47,570 nt of DNA from an uncultured Gammaproteobacteria bacterium (GTDB lineage Bacteria > Pseudomonadota > Gammaproteobacteria > Xanthomonadales > BPKI01), in the NCBI GenBank assembly GCA_964526035.1, contig CAZGKE010000005.1, positions 1 to 47,570 on the forward strand, written 5' to 3'. Below are positions 28,684-38,992 of this stretch, piece by piece. A program made the translations under genes and the position numbers. Position 1 is the stretch's first letter. Every line of letters starts with the position of its first letter. The notes below the pieces were generated by a model. That model ran no database searches. It was not told where the DNA came from and worked only from the letters and a program-made list of their open reading frames with translations.

Positions 28684-30008
28684 GCGCACCCGTAAACACG
28701 CTGCATCGAGTCCTTGACGGCGCCCGCGACCTGGCGCCGCTGGCGGCCGCCTTTCCACAGCGCTATCCGCTGCTTCTCGAAAGTGCGGGTCGCGGCCCGC
28801 TCGGACAGCATGACCTGCTGCTGGCCTGGAACGGCGAAGCCATCGAGGCGGCCCACGGCGATACCAGCTTCGCCGCGCGCTTCGACAGCGCCCATGCGGC
28901 CGTTGCCATCGCGGAGGATGATGCGGCCCCGCTCTTCGTCGGCGGCTGGTGCGTGTTTCTCGCCTACGAGTACGTCCAGGCCATCGAACCAACGCTGCGA
29001 TTGCAAGCGGCGGCATCGCCATTCCCGGTCGCTCTGGCGCTGCGTTGTCCCGCCGCAGTGCTGGTCGATCACCGGCGCGACCAGACCGTGCTGGTCGCCG
29101 AGTCGAGCGCCGCCCATTGGCTTGACGACATGGCCGCCGACCTCGCTTCCACGCCTCCGATGCGTCGACGCGAATGCCTTGCCACCACAGTCGAAGAGGA
29201 TCCCGCCGAGCGTTTCCTCGCGGGCGTCGAAACAGTGCTCGACTACCTGCGTGCAGGCGATGCCTTCCAGGTCAATTTGTCGCGCGGCTGGTCGCTGCGG
29301 CCCGTGGACGGGCTGCGCCCGGTGGATCTGTACAGCGCCCTTCGCGCGGCCAACCCCGCGCCGTTCGCCGGACTGCTGCAGTGGCGGGGCGAGGCTCTGG
29401 TCAGCTCTTCTCCAGAGCGGCTGGTGCAAGCCGCCGCGGGCATGGTGCAGACGCGTCCCATCGCCGGAACCCGGCCGCGCGGCGACGACGCCGACACTGA
29501 CCGCGCCCTGATTGCGGAGCTCATCGGAAACCCGAAGGAGCGCGCCGAGCACATCATGCTGATTGATCTCGAACGCAACGACCTTGGCCGCGTGTGCGTG
29601 CCGGGAAGCGTGCAGGTCAGCGAACTGATGGCGGTGGAGAGCTACGCCCACGTGCACCACATCGTGTCCAACGTGCGCGGTGCGCTGCGCAGCGGGGTTA
29701 CGCCGATGCAGATCATTGCTGCGGTGTTTCCAGGGGGCACGATCACCGGTTGCCCCAAAGTCCGCTGCATGCAGATCATCGCCGAACTGGAAATGACCGG
29801 GCGCGGTCCGTATACCGGAGCCCTGGGCTACATCGGACGCGACGGCCGCATGGACATGAACATTCTCATCCGCACGCTGTGGACCGACCGCGGGCAAGTG
29901 CTGTTCCGTGCCGGGAGCGGCATCGTGGCCGATTCCGATGCGCATCGTGAGCTCGCCGAGACCCGCGCCAAGGCGCGCGGCCTGCTGCGCGCGTTCGGCA
30001 TGCCGTGA
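28680..30008 (+). CDS. pabB: Aminodeoxychorismate synthase component I (PabB/TrpE-like)
   Basis: [36 protein letters not shown]; open frame extends upstream to a CTG overlapping the fabF stop. Confidence 0.88.
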   Translation: MSAPVNTLHRVLDGARDLAPLAAAFPQRYPLLLESAGRGPLGQHDLLLAWNGEAIEAAHGDTSFAARFDSAHAAVAIAEDDAAPLFVGGWCVFLAYEYVQAIEPTLRLQAAASPFPVALALRCPAAVLVDHRRDQTVLVAESSAAHWLDDMAADLASTPPMRRRECLATTVEEDPAERFLAGVETVLDYLRAGDAFQVNLSRGWSLRPVDGLRPVDLYSALRAANPAPFAGLLQWRGEALVSSSPERLVQAAAGMVQTRPIAGTRPRGDDADTDRALIAELIGNPKERAEHIMLIDLERNDLGRVCVPGSVQVSELMAVESYAHVHHIVSNVRGALRSGVTPMQIIAAVFPGGTITGCPKVRCMQIIAELEMTGRGPYTGALGYIGRDGRMDMNILIRTLWTDRGQVLFRAGSGIVADSDAHRELAETRAKARGLLRAFGMP

Positions 30009-30826
30009 GCTGGCACGTGCTGGTGAACGGGGAGTCGGCCAGCGCGGTCTCCGTGAGTGACCGCGGGCTGCTGTACGGCGACGGCCTGTTCGAGACTCTC
30101 CTTGTCGATCGCGGCCACGTGGCGCTGTGGGCGCAGCACCTGGCGCGGTTCAACGATGGTTGCCGGCGACTCGGTCTGCCGCTGCAGGACGATCAAACTT
30201 TGGTGCGAGAAGTGGCGGAAGTCGCCCACGCGCGACCACGCTGCGTTGTGCGCCTGAGCCTGACCCGGGGCGAAGGCGGACGCGGCTATGGGCCTTCGCA
30301 GGGTCCCGCCACGCGCATCGTGGCCGCCTTTCCCGCGCCCGAGGTTCCGGCTTCCACCTATCTGCGTGGCGCAACCCTGCGCTGGTGCACCCTTCGACTG
30401 GCGCGTCAGCCGCGGCTCGCGGGCATCAAGCACCTCAATCGCCTGGAGCAGGTCATGGCGCGCGCCGAGTGGTCGGATCCCGATTTCGATGAGGGGCTGC
30501 TCGTCGATTCCAGGGGTGCGCTGACCTGCGCCACTGCAGCCAACGTCTTTCTGGTGCGCAACGGCAGGCTGTTGACACCACGACTGGACCAGGCAGGGGT
30601 CGCGGGAACCTGCCGTGCATGGATCATGCAGGCAACGGCATGCATCGAGCGGCGACTGGGCGTTGGCGATGTCGAGACTGCCGATGAGGTCTTCATCTGC
30701 AACAGCGTTCGCGGCATCCTGCCCGTGGCCGAGATCGGATCGCGCAGGTACCATCGCGGTGCGGTGACCCGAGGCCTGATGGCCGACCTCCACAGGGATG
30801 AGCCTTCCCTGCAGCCCCAGCCCTGA
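30005..30826 (+). CDS. pabC: Aminodeoxychorismate lyase
   Basis: DRGLLYGDGLFET, GIKHLNRLEQV. Confidence 0.94.
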   Translation: MSWHVLVNGESASAVSVSDRGLLYGDGLFETLLVDRGHVALWAQHLARFNDGCRRLGLPLQDDQTLVREVAEVAHARPRCVVRLSLTRGEGGRGYGPSQGPATRIVAAFPAPEVPASTYLRGATLRWCTLRLARQPRLAGIKHLNRLEQVMARAEWSDPDFDEGLLVDSRGALTCATAANVFLVRNGRLLTPRLDQAGVAGTCRAWIMQATACIERRLGVGDVETADEVFICNSVRGILPVAEIGSRRYHRGAVTRGLMADLHRDEPSLQPQP

Positions 30827-30831
30827 GTGCA

Positions 30832-31947
30832 ATGACCGAACGCAAACCAAGACGCTCCAAGGTTTTCCTGGCCAGCAGCGCTCTGCTGCTGCTGGCGCTG
30901 GCTGCTGCCGGCGTGGTCGGATGGTTCGGTTGGCAGGACTACCAGGTGTTCCGCGATGCGCCGATTGCGTCGGTGGCCAGCGAGCGCGTGCTCGAAGTCG
31001 AGCGCGGCGACTCGTTTCACCGAGTGCTGCGCAACCTGCGGCGGCTTGGTATAGCCGAAGGCGCCGACTGGCAGTGGCAGACACTGGCCTGGGAGACCGA
31101 CGTTGCGCGTCGATTGCAGGTCGGCGAATACACCGTCGGACACGGCATCACCCCGCGCGAGCTGCTGAGCAAGCTCGAATCGGGTCGGGTGATCCAGTAC
31201 CGATTCACCATCGTCGAGGGCTGGAATTTCCGTGAGCTGCGGGCGGCGCTGGCGGCCCATGACGCCGTCGAGCAGACCGTTGCCGATCTGCCGGATGCGG
31301 AGATCATGGCCCTGCTCGACATGCCTGACGCGCATCCCGAGGGCTGGTTCCTGCCAGAAACCTACCAGTTCACCCGTGGCACCACGGACCTGCACCTGCT
31401 GCGACGCGCGCATCTGGCCATGCGTCTGGCCCTGGATGAGGTCTGGGAGGCACGCGCCGAAGGTCTGCCGATCCAGAACGCCTATGAAGCCTTGATTCTC
31501 GCCTCGATCATCGAGCGCGAAACCGGCGTCGCGCATGAACGCGGCGAGATCGCCGGCGTGTTCGCCAGACGCCTGCGCACCGGCATGAGGCTGCAGACCG
31601 ATCCGACAGTGATCTACGGTCGCGGACCGGACTTCAGCGGTCGCCTGCGCCGGGTCGACCTGATCACCGATACGCCCTACAACACCTACACCCGGCACGG
31701 TTTGCCGCCGACGCCCATCGCCCTGCCGGGACGCGCAGCGCTGCTGGCTGCAGTGGATCCGCTGGACGGCGACACCCTCTATTTCGTCTCGCGCGGAGAC
31801 GGCAGCCACCAGTTCTCGCGCACGCTGGCCGAACACAATCGCGCCGTTTCCCGCTACATACTCGGCCGCGGGCGCAATGCTCAACGCAGCGAACCCGCCG
31901 AGCCCGCCTGCAGCAGCGGCGACTGCGGCGATGAAGCCAGTCCGTGA
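30832..31947 (+). CDS. mltG: Endolytic transglycosylase MltG
   Basis: N-terminal TM, ASIIERE, LQTDPT, PYNTY, GLPPTPI. Confidence 0.95.
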   Translation: MTERKPRRSKVFLASSALLLLALAAAGVVGWFGWQDYQVFRDAPIASVASERVLEVERGDSFHRVLRNLRRLGIAEGADWQWQTLAWETDVARRLQVGEYTVGHGITPRELLSKLESGRVIQYRFTIVEGWNFRELRAALAAHDAVEQTVADLPDAEIMALLDMPDAHPEGWFLPETYQFTRGTTDLHLLRRAHLAMRLALDEVWEARAEGLPIQNAYEALILASIIERETGVAHERGEIAGVFARRLRTGMRLQTDPTVIYGRGPDFSGRLRRVDLITDTPYNTYTRHGLPPTPIALPGRAALLAAVDPLDGDTLYFVSRGDGSHQFSRTLAEHNRAVSRYILGRGRNAQRSEPAEPACSSGDCGDEASP

Positions 31948-32570
31948 GCGGCCGCCTGATCAGTTTCGAGGGCGGCGAGGGCGCCGGCAAGAGCACCGTG
32001 ATCGCAGCCGCGCAGGCGTTTCTGGAAGCCTCGGGCATCCAGCCCCTGCTGGTGCGCGAGCCCGGCGGCACCGGGATCGGCGAGCGCCTTCGTGAGGTGC
32101 TTCTGGATGCCGCGATCGACGACATGCGCGCCGAAACGGAGCTTCTACTCATGTTCGCCAGCCGCGCGCAGCTGGTCGCCGAACGTATCCTTCCGTCGCT
32201 TGCGGAGGGCCGCTGGATACTTGCCGATCGATTCACAGATGCCAGCTTCGCCTATCAAGGCGGCGGTCGCGGCCTCGATCCGAACTGGATCGCCGAGCTG
32301 GAGCGGCGCGCCGTCGGGCTGAAACCGGATCTCACTTTCCTGCTCGATATCGGCGTAGCCGAGGGCCTCGCGCGCGCTGGCGGCCGCGGCGACAGCGATC
32401 GCATTGAAGGCGAGCAGGAGGCCTTCTTCGAGCGCGTGCGTGCCTCTTACCTCGCGCGCGCTGCCGCTGAGCCGGAGCGCTTCTGCCTGATAGACGCCGG
32501 CGCCGAGCGCGAATCGGTGGCTGCGGCCGTGACCCGACGTCTGCAGCAATTGGTGGATACAGGCCGATGA
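31944..32570 (+). CDS. tmk: Thymidylate kinase
   Basis: FEGGEGAGKS, REPGGT, DRF, AYQG. Confidence 0.96.
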   Translation: MSGRLISFEGGEGAGKSTVIAAAQAFLEASGIQPLLVREPGGTGIGERLREVLLDAAIDDMRAETELLLMFASRAQLVAERILPSLAEGRWILADRFTDASFAYQGGGRGLDPNWIAELERRAVGLKPDLTFLLDIGVAEGLARAGGRGDSDRIEGEQEAFFERVRASYLARAAAEPERFCLIDAGAERESVAAAVTRRLQQLVDTGR

Positions 32571-33508
32571 CGCTGGCGCGACCCTGGCACGCTGCTCCGT
32601 GGCAGGCGCTGTCTGAACGTCTCGCCGCGGGCGCCTTGTCCCATGCGCTGCTGCTGGCCGGACCGGGGGGGCTCGGCAAGCTCGATTTTGCCGAACGTCT
32701 GGCAGGCGCCCTGCTGTGCCGCGACCGGGAAGTCGATGGCGAGGCCTGTGGCGCGTGCCGAGACTGCGTTCTGCGCGCCGCCGGCAGTCATCCCGACCTG
32801 CAGCGGGTGACGCTCGGCGTCCGCGATGATGGCCGCCCACGCACCGAGATCGTGATCGAGCAGGTGCGTCAGGTATGTGAGTGGCTGTCGCTGACCAGCC
32901 AGCGTGGCGGTGCCCAGGTGGTGCTGCTGGCGCCTGCCGACCGTCTCAACGTGAATGCCGCCAACGCGCTGCTCAAGACTTTGGAAGAACCGGCCGCGGG
33001 GCGCTTTCTGGTACTGGTTGCCGATCAGCCTGCGCGTTTGCCCGCCACGGTGCGCAGCCGTTGCATGCGCTTCGAGTTCCGTCTGCCCGCCCGGCAGGAG
33101 GCGCTCGACTGGCTGCAGGGGCAGGGCGTGGACGCCGCGGCGGCGGCCCGCGCGCTGGCGTGCGCGGCCGGCAATCCCGGGCTGGCGCGCGAGATGCTGG
33201 AGGAAGGTCTGCTCGATCTGCACGCCGCGGTGGTCGAAGACCTTGAGGCCCTGGCCAGCGGCCGCGCGCTGGCTTCGGCAGTAGCGAAGGCGTGGACCGA
33301 CGACCGCCCGGAGCAGCGCCTGGCGTTCGCCGCCGAGCTGGCTTGTCGTCGCGCTCGCGAAGATGCCTTGACCGACCCGGCGCTTTTCAACAAGCTAGAG
33401 AGGTGGTTCGACAGCGCAGGCCGGGTCCGTGAATGGGTGCCGACACCGCTGCGAACCGACTTGCTGTTGACGGAATTGCTGGTCGAATGGCCGCAGTCCG
33501 GGACCTGA
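32567..33508 (+). CDS. holB: DNA polymerase III delta-prime subunit
   Basis: HALLLAG, Zn motif, [15 protein letters not shown]; synteny. Confidence 0.94.
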   Translation: MTLARPWHAAPWQALSERLAAGALSHALLLAGPGGLGKLDFAERLAGALLCRDREVDGEACGACRDCVLRAAGSHPDLQRVTLGVRDDGRPRTEIVIEQVRQVCEWLSLTSQRGGAQVVLLAPADRLNVNAANALLKTLEEPAAGRFLVLVADQPARLPATVRSRCMRFEFRLPARQEALDWLQGQGVDAAAAARALACAAGNPGLAREMLEEGLLDLHAAVVEDLEALASGRALASAVAKAWTDDRPEQRLAFAAELACRRAREDALTDPALFNKLERWFDSAGRVREWVPTPLRTDLLLTELLVEWPQSGT

Positions 33509-33528
33509 GCCGCACAGGGGACTCGAAC

Positions 33529-33900
33529 ATGGTTGCAATTCCCGGCGCCGCCGGAGGTTTTTCCCGCCAGGGCATCCTGGCGCTGACCATCAAGGACAAG
33601 GGCGCGCTTTACAACGCCTACATGCCCTTCATCAAGGGCGGCGGGCTGTTCGTGCCCACGCCGCGGCGCTACAGCATCGGCGACGAGGTGTTCCTGCTGC
33701 TCACCCTGATGGAAGAGAAGGATCGCCTGCCGGTCGCCGGCAAGGTGGTGTGGATCACTCCTGCCGGCGCGCAGGGCAACCGTACCGCCGGCATCGGCGT
33801 GCAGTTCAGCGACAACTCCGACGGTGAAACCGTCAAGACCAAGATCGAAGCCATCCTCGCCGGCACCCTGACTGCGGATCGACCGACGCATACGATGTAG
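33529..33900 (+). CDS. pilZ: Type IV pilus PilZ protein
   Basis: LYNAYMPFIKGGGLFVPT...PTHTM; follows holB. Confidence 0.95.
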   Translation: MVAIPGAAGGFSRQGILALTIKDKGALYNAYMPFIKGGGLFVPTPRRYSIGDEVFLLLTLMEEKDRLPVAGKVVWITPAGAQGNRTAGIGVQFSDNSDGETVKTKIEAILAGTLTADRPTHTM

Positions 33901-33905
33901 GGGTC

Positions 33906-34065
33906 AGGGCTTGGGGCCTAGGGCCTAGGGCCTTTGGCTCGGGGCCTAGGGGACAGCCTGCAGCCCCAATCCGCAGTCGTAGTTTGTGTCACTTCGTGCG
34001 CCGATGGGTATGCGAACGCGAATGCTGTCGGGCCTCGTCATCCCTAAGCCCTAAGCCCTCGGCCC
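33906..34065. repeat. Inverted pair of heptamer arrays
   Basis: (AGGGCCT)n at 33906-33952 facing (CCCTAAG)n at 34042-34065. Confidence 0.75.
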
Positions 34066-34140
34066 ATGGACACGCCTGCCGTTGCCCCCCGCACCCCAAG
34101 CCGGTAGGGTAAAGGGCCACCCGCTGCAATACCCATCCCA

Positions 34141-35916
34141 ATGTGTGGAATCGCTGGAGAAATCCGGTTCGATGGCCTGTCCCCGTCACTTTCTTCCCTT
34201 GAGCGGATGCTCGAGGTGCTGCGTCCGCGCGGGCCTGATCATGCGGGTGTGCATCTGCATGGTGCGGTGGCGCTGGGTCACCGTCGGCTCAGCATCATCG
34301 ACCTTTCGGCGCGCGGCGCGCAGCCGATGGTGGACGCCGAGCTGGGCCTGAGCCTGGTCTTCAACGGCTGCATCTACAACCACCGCGAGCTGCGCGGCGA
34401 GCTGGAGAAGGCCGGCTATCACTTCCACTCGCGCGCCGACTCTGAAGTGATTCTCAAGGCCTGGCATGCCTGGGGCGAACACTGCGTCGACCGCTTCATG
34501 GGCATGTTCGCCTTTGCCGTGCACGAGCGCGATTCCGGTCGCATGGTGCTGGCCCGCGACCGGCTCGGCATCAAGCCGCTGTACCTGGCCGAGCAGCGCG
34601 GCGGGCTGCGCTTTGCATCTTCGCTGCCGGCGCTGCTGGCCGGCGGCGACGTGGACACCACCATTGATCCGGAGGCGCTGCATTTCTACCTGCACTGGCA
34701 CGCCGTCGTGCCGGCGCCGTGGACCATCCTGCGTGGGGTGCGCAAGCTGCCGCCGGCGACGCTGCGCATCATCGAGGCCAACGGCCAGCATCGCGACCGC
34801 GTGTACTGGAACCCGCCCTACGGAACGCCCGAAGACGAGCGCGGCCTGGGTTTCGAGGATTGGCAGGAGCGCGTGCTGGGCGCACTGCGGCTGGCGGTCG
34901 AGCGACGGCTGGTCGCCGACGTGCCGGTCGGCGTGCTGCTATCCGGCGGCGTCGATTCCAGCCTGATCGTGGGTTTGCTGGCCGAAGCGGGACAGCACGG
35001 ACTGGAAACCTTTTCGGTGGGCTTCGAGAGCGTGGGCGGCGAGGTCGGCGATGAGTTCCAGTATTCCGACATCATCGCCCACCGTTTCGACACCCGGCAC
35101 CACAAGATCACCGTCGACAGCCGTTCGCGCCTGCTGCCGGAGCTGCCTGGCTGCGTGCGCGCGATGAACGAGCCGATGGTGAGCCACGACGCCATCGGCT
35201 TCTATCTGCTCAGCGAGGAGGTGTCGAAACACGTCAAGGTGGTGCAGAGCGGGCAGGGTGCCGATGAAGTGTTCGGCGGATACCACTGGTATCCGCCGAT
35301 GCTGGACAGCCGCAATCCGCTGGCCGACTACCAGCGTGGCTTCTTCGACCGCGACGCTGCCGACTACCGCGCTACGGTGATGGAGGAATGGCGTGTGGAA
35401 GGGCTGGCGGAGTCCCATGTCGCCCAGCATTTCGCGGCGCCGGGCGCGCCCGCGGCGGCGGACAAGGCGCTGCGCATTGACACCCATGTGATGCTGGTCG
35501 ACGACCCGGTCAAGCGCGTCGACAGCATGACCATGGCCTTCGGCCTGGAAGCGCGGGTGCCGTTCCTCGACCACGAGCTGGTGGAGCTGGCAGCGCGCAT
35601 CCCGGCGGAAATGAAGATCGACCATGGCGGCAAGCATGTGCTGAAGGAAGCGGCTCGCAAGGTCATTCCTGCCGAGGTCATCGACCGCCCCAAGGGCTAT
35701 TTCCCAGTGCCTGCGCTCAAGTACCTGGAGGGCGACGTGCTCGACATGGTGCGAGGTGTGCTCGCCGATCCGCGCGCCAGACAGCGCGGTCTGTTCCGGC
35801 CGCAGTACGTCGACAGCCTGCTGGCCAGCCCCAATGACCAGCTGACGCCGCTGCGCGGCAACAAGCTCTGGCAGCTCGCCCTGCTGGAGCTGTGGCTGCA
35901 GACGCATGACGTCTGA
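34141..35916 (+). CDS. asnO: N-acetylglutaminylglutamine amidotransferase (asparagine synthase family)
   Basis: MCGI Ntn start, LLSGGVDSS, SGQGADEVFGGYHWY; context of the trio. Confidence 0.92.
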   Translation: MCGIAGEIRFDGLSPSLSSLERMLEVLRPRGPDHAGVHLHGAVALGHRRLSIIDLSARGAQPMVDAELGLSLVFNGCIYNHRELRGELEKAGYHFHSRADSEVILKAWHAWGEHCVDRFMGMFAFAVHERDSGRMVLARDRLGIKPLYLAEQRGGLRFASSLPALLAGGDVDTTIDPEALHFYLHWHAVVPAPWTILRGVRKLPPATLRIIEANGQHRDRVYWNPPYGTPEDERGLGFEDWQERVLGALRLAVERRLVADVPVGVLLSGGVDSSLIVGLLAEAGQHGLETFSVGFESVGGEVGDEFQYSDIIAHRFDTRHHKITVDSRSRLLPELPGCVRAMNEPMVSHDAIGFYLLSEEVSKHVKVVQSGQGADEVFGGYHWYPPMLDSRNPLADYQRGFFDRDAADYRATVMEEWRVEGLAESHVAQHFAAPGAPAAADKALRIDTHVMLVDDPVKRVDSMTMAFGLEARVPFLDHELVELAARIPAEMKIDHGGKHVLKEAARKVIPAEVIDRPKGYFPVPALKYLEGDVLDMVRGVLADPRARQRGLFRPQYVDSLLASPNDQLTPLRGNKLWQLALLELWLQTHDV

Positions 35917-37675
35917 GCGAACCCGACGCGAGGCGCGCCATCCGCGCAGGCGCGATCGTCATCTGCTGCCGAGTGACGCACACACCCGTGAGCCCGACAG
36001 CGAAGCATGGCTTCACTGCGGCTGGGGCCGACTGCTTTTCGCGCACACCTTTGCGGACGCGACGAAACTGGTCGCCAGTCTGGCCGAGGAGGAACCGGAC
36101 GAGCGCGATATCGCCGTCTATGTGGCTGATCCGCACGTGGTGCTTTCCATGGCGCCGCAGGAAGTGTTCCTCGACCCTTCGCACACGCTGCGCCTGTGGA
36201 TGAGCCACTACCGGCCCGCCAGCGACCGCCCGCGCGGGTTCCAGGTACGACGCATGCGCGACAAGGCCGACGCGCTGGCGTCGAACCGCATCTACGCGCG
36301 CCTCGACATGGTGCAGGTGCCGCTCGACTTCTTTGCCAAGAACCTCAACTCGCGGCGGCTGATCTACCTGGTTGCGGCAGACGATGGGGGTCAGGTGTTG
36401 GGCAGCGTCACCGGGGTCGATCATGTGCGTGCCTACGACGACCCCGAGCAGGGCGCCAGCCTCTGGTGCCTGGCGGTCGATCCGGAGTGTTCGCTTCCCG
36501 GGGTGGGCGAAGCCCTGGTGCGCGCGCTCGCCGAGCATTACCAGGCGCGCGGTCGCGCCTTCCTGGATCTGTCGGTGAAGCATGACAACGCGCCCGCTCT
36601 GAAGCTCTATGAGCGCATCGGATTCGAGCGTGTGGCGTGGTTCACCCTGAAGAAGCGCAACCTGATCAACGAGCAGCTGTTCATCGCCCCGCAGCCGGAG
36701 GCGCGTCTCAACCCGTATGCCCGGATCATCATCAACGAGGCGCGACGACGAGGCATCGCGGTCGACGTCGAGGACGAGGAGGCGAATCTGTTCCGACTCA
36801 CCCTCGGCGGGCGGGGCATCGTCTGTCGGGAATCGCTTTCGGAATTGACTTCGGCGGTGGCCATGACGCGTTGCGACGACAAGTCCCTGACCCACCGCCT
36901 GCTGTCTCGCGCGGGGTTGTCGGTGCCTGAGCAGATCGACGTCGGCACGTCCGTGGGAGAAACCGAACGGGAATTTCTGAAGCGACACGGCAGCGTGGTA
37001 GTGAAACCGGCGCGCGGCGAACAGGGCAGGGGGATCAGTGTGGACCTGCGCGACGAGGCGTCTTTGGAGAGCGCCATCGTGGCGGCCCGCGAGCACTGCG
37101 AGCAGGTGCTGATGGAGCGCTTTTGTCCTGGCGGGGATCTGCGCATCGTGGTGATCGGCGGTGAGGTGGTGGCCGCCGCGCTTCGGCACCCCGCTGAAAT
37201 CGTCGGCAACGGTCGCGACAGCATCGAGCGACTGATCGAAGCACAGAGCCGGCGACGAGCCGCGGCCACCGGCGGTGAAAGCCGCATTCCGCTGGATGAA
37301 GAGACATTGCGCTGCGTGGCTCTTGCGGAGCACCAGCTGGCTGATGTGCTTGGCGAGGGCAAGCGGCTCAAGGTGCGCCGTACCGCCAATCTGCATACCG
37401 GTGGCACATTGCAGGACGTCACCGCAGAACTCTGCGATGCCTTGCGCAACGCTGCGCTGAAGGCGTCTCAGGTTCTGGAGATACCGGTGGTGGGACTGGA
37501 TCTGCTGGTGCCCGATCACCGCGCGGCGGTGCACGTGATCATCGAGGCGAACGAGCGCCCCGGGCTCGCCAATCACGAGCCGCTTCCGACCGCGGAACGA
37601 TTCATCGACCTCCTGTTCCCGCAGACCCGGCGCGAGGGCGCCAGGAACCCGGCGCCGGACGTGACTTCGAAGTGA
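35906..37675 (+). CDS. ngg: N-acetylglutaminylglutamine synthetase (GNAT plus ATP-grasp)
   Basis: CGWGRLLF, SLWCLAVDP GNAT; VVKPARGEQGRG, IEANERPGLANH ATP-grasp. Confidence 0.92.
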   Translation: MTSERTRREARHPRRRDRHLLPSDAHTREPDSEAWLHCGWGRLLFAHTFADATKLVASLAEEEPDERDIAVYVADPHVVLSMAPQEVFLDPSHTLRLWMSHYRPASDRPRGFQVRRMRDKADALASNRIYARLDMVQVPLDFFAKNLNSRRLIYLVAADDGGQVLGSVTGVDHVRAYDDPEQGASLWCLAVDPECSLPGVGEALVRALAEHYQARGRAFLDLSVKHDNAPALKLYERIGFERVAWFTLKKRNLINEQLFIAPQPEARLNPYARIIINEARRRGIAVDVEDEEANLFRLTLGGRGIVCRESLSELTSAVAMTRCDDKSLTHRLLSRAGLSVPEQIDVGTSVGETEREFLKRHGSVVVKPARGEQGRGISVDLRDEASLESAIVAAREHCEQVLMERFCPGGDLRIVVIGGEVVAAALRHPAEIVGNGRDSIERLIEAQSRRRAAATGGESRIPLDEETLRCVALAEHQLADVLGEGKRLKVRRTANLHTGGTLQDVTAELCDALRNAALKASQVLEIPVVGLDLLVPDHRAAVHVIIEANERPGLANHEPLPTAERFIDLLFPQTRREGARNPAPDVTSK

Positions 37676-37705
37676 GAGACTCGAACAGCCGTGAGGCATG
37701 AACCG

Positions 37706-38839
37706 ATGACCAGAAAACCCACGCCCCTGAAGCCCGACGGCGAGCGCATCATCAAGCGCCTGTTGTCGCTTCTCGACATCGCCAGCCCCTCGGGATTCAC
37801 CGATACCATCGTGCACCACGTCTGCGAGGAGCTGAGTCGGCTCGGAGTCAAGCATGAACTGACCCGACGCGGCGCCATCCGCGCGACCCTGCCGGGACGC
37901 AGTCAGGCGCCGTCGCGGGGCATCATCGCGCACCTCGATACCCTGGGCGCGCTGGTGCGCCGACTCAAGGACAATGGTCGGCTCGAGCTGGCCATGATCG
38001 GCCACTGGTCGGCGCGCTTCGCCGAAGGCGCGCGCGTCACCCTGTTCACCGACAGTGGCCGTCATCGCGGCACCATCCTGCCGCTGAAAGCGTCCGGCCA
38101 CGTCTACAACGAGGAAATCGATACCCAGCCGGTGGGCTGGGATCACGTCGAGCTGCGCATCGACGAAGCGGTGTTCGACCGCGCGGGACTGGACGCACTG
38201 GGCGTGCAGGTAGGTGACTTCGTGGCCGTCGATCCGCAGCCGGAAGTGCAGGACAACGGCTACATCGTTTCCCGCCATCTCGATGACAAGGCGGGCGTCG
38301 CCGTGCTGCTGGAGCTGGCCCAGCTGGTCACCGAGTCGAAGGTGGAGCTGCCGCTGGATTGCCACCTGCTGTTCAGCATCTCCGAAGAAGTCGGCTCGGG
38401 CGCGTCGGCCATCCTGCATGGCCACGTCGCCGAACTGGTCGCCATCGACAACGGCACACAGGCGCCGGGGCAGGCCAGTCGCGAGTTCGGCGTCACCGTG
38501 GCCATGGCCGATCAGGTCGGTCCTTTCGATTTTCACCTGACGCGGATGCTGCTGGAGCTGGCGAGTGCGCACGACATCGGCCATCAGCGCGACGTGTTCC
38601 GCTACTACCGCTGTGACTCGGCATCGGCGGTCGAGGCCGGCAATGACATCCGCACGGCGCTGCTCACTTTCGGCATCGACGCCAGCCACGGCTATGAGCG
38701 CATCCACCTCGATGCGCTGGAAAGCCTGGTGCGGCTGTTGGCGCTGTACGCGCAGTGCCCGCCGGTCGTCGCCCGCGATGCCGAGGCGCTCGGCCCGGCC
38801 AAGGGCTTCCCGTTCGAGGCGCAGGAGAAGCTGCTTTAG
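37706..38839 (+). CDS. NAGGN-system M42 family peptidase
   Basis: SPSGFT, AHLDTLG, RHLDDKAG, SEEVG, SHGYER. Confidence 0.9.
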   Translation: MTRKPTPLKPDGERIIKRLLSLLDIASPSGFTDTIVHHVCEELSRLGVKHELTRRGAIRATLPGRSQAPSRGIIAHLDTLGALVRRLKDNGRLELAMIGHWSARFAEGARVTLFTDSGRHRGTILPLKASGHVYNEEIDTQPVGWDHVELRIDEAVFDRAGLDALGVQVGDFVAVDPQPEVQDNGYIVSRHLDDKAGVAVLLELAQLVTESKVELPLDCHLLFSISEEVGSGASAILHGHVAELVAIDNGTQAPGQASREFGVTVAMADQVGPFDFHLTRMLLELASAHDIGHQRDVFRYYRCDSASAVEAGNDIRTALLTFGIDASHGYERIHLDALESLVRLLALYAQCPPVVARDAEALGPAKGFPFEAQEKLL

Positions 38840-38904
38840 GTGGGATCGCGCGTTTCAGGCGGGACCAGGGTCGCCCCGAGGGTGCGCTTCAGCGCGAGGC
38901 GCCC

Positions 38905-38930
38905 GTGGGAGCAGCCTCAGTCGCGACCGT
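38905..38930 (+). repeat. GTGG-headed REP-like element, copy 2
   Basis: GTGGGAGCAGCCTCAGTCGCGACCGT. Confidence 0.7.
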
Positions 38931-38992
38931 GGTTTCGCTTCGTGGCCGTGTCCGTGTCGGGGCTGGGCCTCTCCTGCAGGGGCTCTGCGGGC

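Noticed and set aside
33906-34065. CRISPR array
   Set aside because: 7-nt units without spacers and no cas genes
35717-38707. 996-aa minus-strand ORF and other long antisense ORFs (e.g. 4702-6159, 40032-41555)
   Set aside because: Shadow frames of well-supported genes in GC-rich DNA; no recognisable motifs
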